DNA of 39,199 nucleotides from Candidatus Heimdallarchaeota archaeon (GTDB lineage Archaea > Asgardarchaeota > Heimdallarchaeia > Heimdallarchaeales > Heimdallarchaeaceae), in the NCBI GenBank assembly GCA_016840095.1, contig JAEOSZ010000007.1, positions 1 through 39,199 of the forward strand, written 5' to 3'. The translations under genes and the position numbers were made by a program. Positions 38,993-39,199 of this stretch are shown in pieces. Position 1 is the first letter of the stretch. Each line of letters begins with the position of its first letter. The notes under the pieces were generated by a model that did no database searches, was not told where the DNA came from, and was given only the letters and a program-made list of their open reading frames with translations.

Positions 38993-39199
38993 TTCCTTTT
39001 CTTGTAAAGAGGAAACAAGTAAAAAGAATAGGTTAACAAATCCAGAAGAAGTGAAGGTCATTTCCACTGCCCAAAAGGTACTGAGATTCTATAAGGAAGA
39101 ACAAATGAGAAGATATCTTATTGAACACTTGAGAAAATTCCTTTGCATTATAATGAAAATAAGTAGAAAGTATAATTAACTCTTTGGAACATATTCAGG

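Noticed and set aside
38943-39179. 78-aa ORF overlapping the chaperone gene end
   Set aside because: It overlaps by 50 nt, has a TTG start with no RBS and no recognisable motif, so it cannot be supported.
31440-39199. Functional T3SS or flagellar export locus
   Set aside because: No SctR/S/T/U, ATPase, ring, needle or flagellin genes are visible. The caveat is that the window ends about 200 nt after the chaperone gene.
1-39199. tRNA/rRNA genes, IS elements, integrase, CRISPR array
   Set aside because: No GC-rich structured RNA segments, transposase or integrase motifs, or regularly spaced repeats were seen.

Overview
AT-rich (roughly 30% GC by eye), gene-dense prokaryotic window. It is most likely archaeal and Asgard/Heimdallarchaeia-like. 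This is an inference from a bacterio-opsin-activator-type HTH regulator, GGTGA/GAGG ribosome-binding sites, U-rich terminators, and many secreted proteins ending in a TM helix plus a basic tail. Positions 1-31.1 kb are a loosely organised accessory region: clostripain-like C11, Ntn, S12 and M28 peptidases, alpha/beta hydrolases, two beta-helix surface proteins, an AprAB/SdhA-like flavoprotein-ferredoxin pair, GNATs, DegV, an AKR and a DNase I-like EEP enzyme. It also holds two paralogous tiny basic ORFs ending NSMFYGY and decayed copies of gene 3' ends. The standout is a compact 5-gene operon at 31440-38992: an unknown protein; a caspase-like CHAT protease (H-G and QACEG) with a double zinc ribbon; a TPR array fused to the cytoplasmic domain of the type III secretion export gate SctV/FlhA; a second soluble SctV/FlhA-C protein; and a SycD/LcrH-type class II T3SS chaperone. 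Neither SctV-like protein has the membrane domain, and no other T3SS or flagellar gene is in the window. This suggests T3SS export-gate parts repurposed as a soluble protease-coupled signalling or defence module. No rRNA, tRNA, CRISPR array or transposase was recognised.
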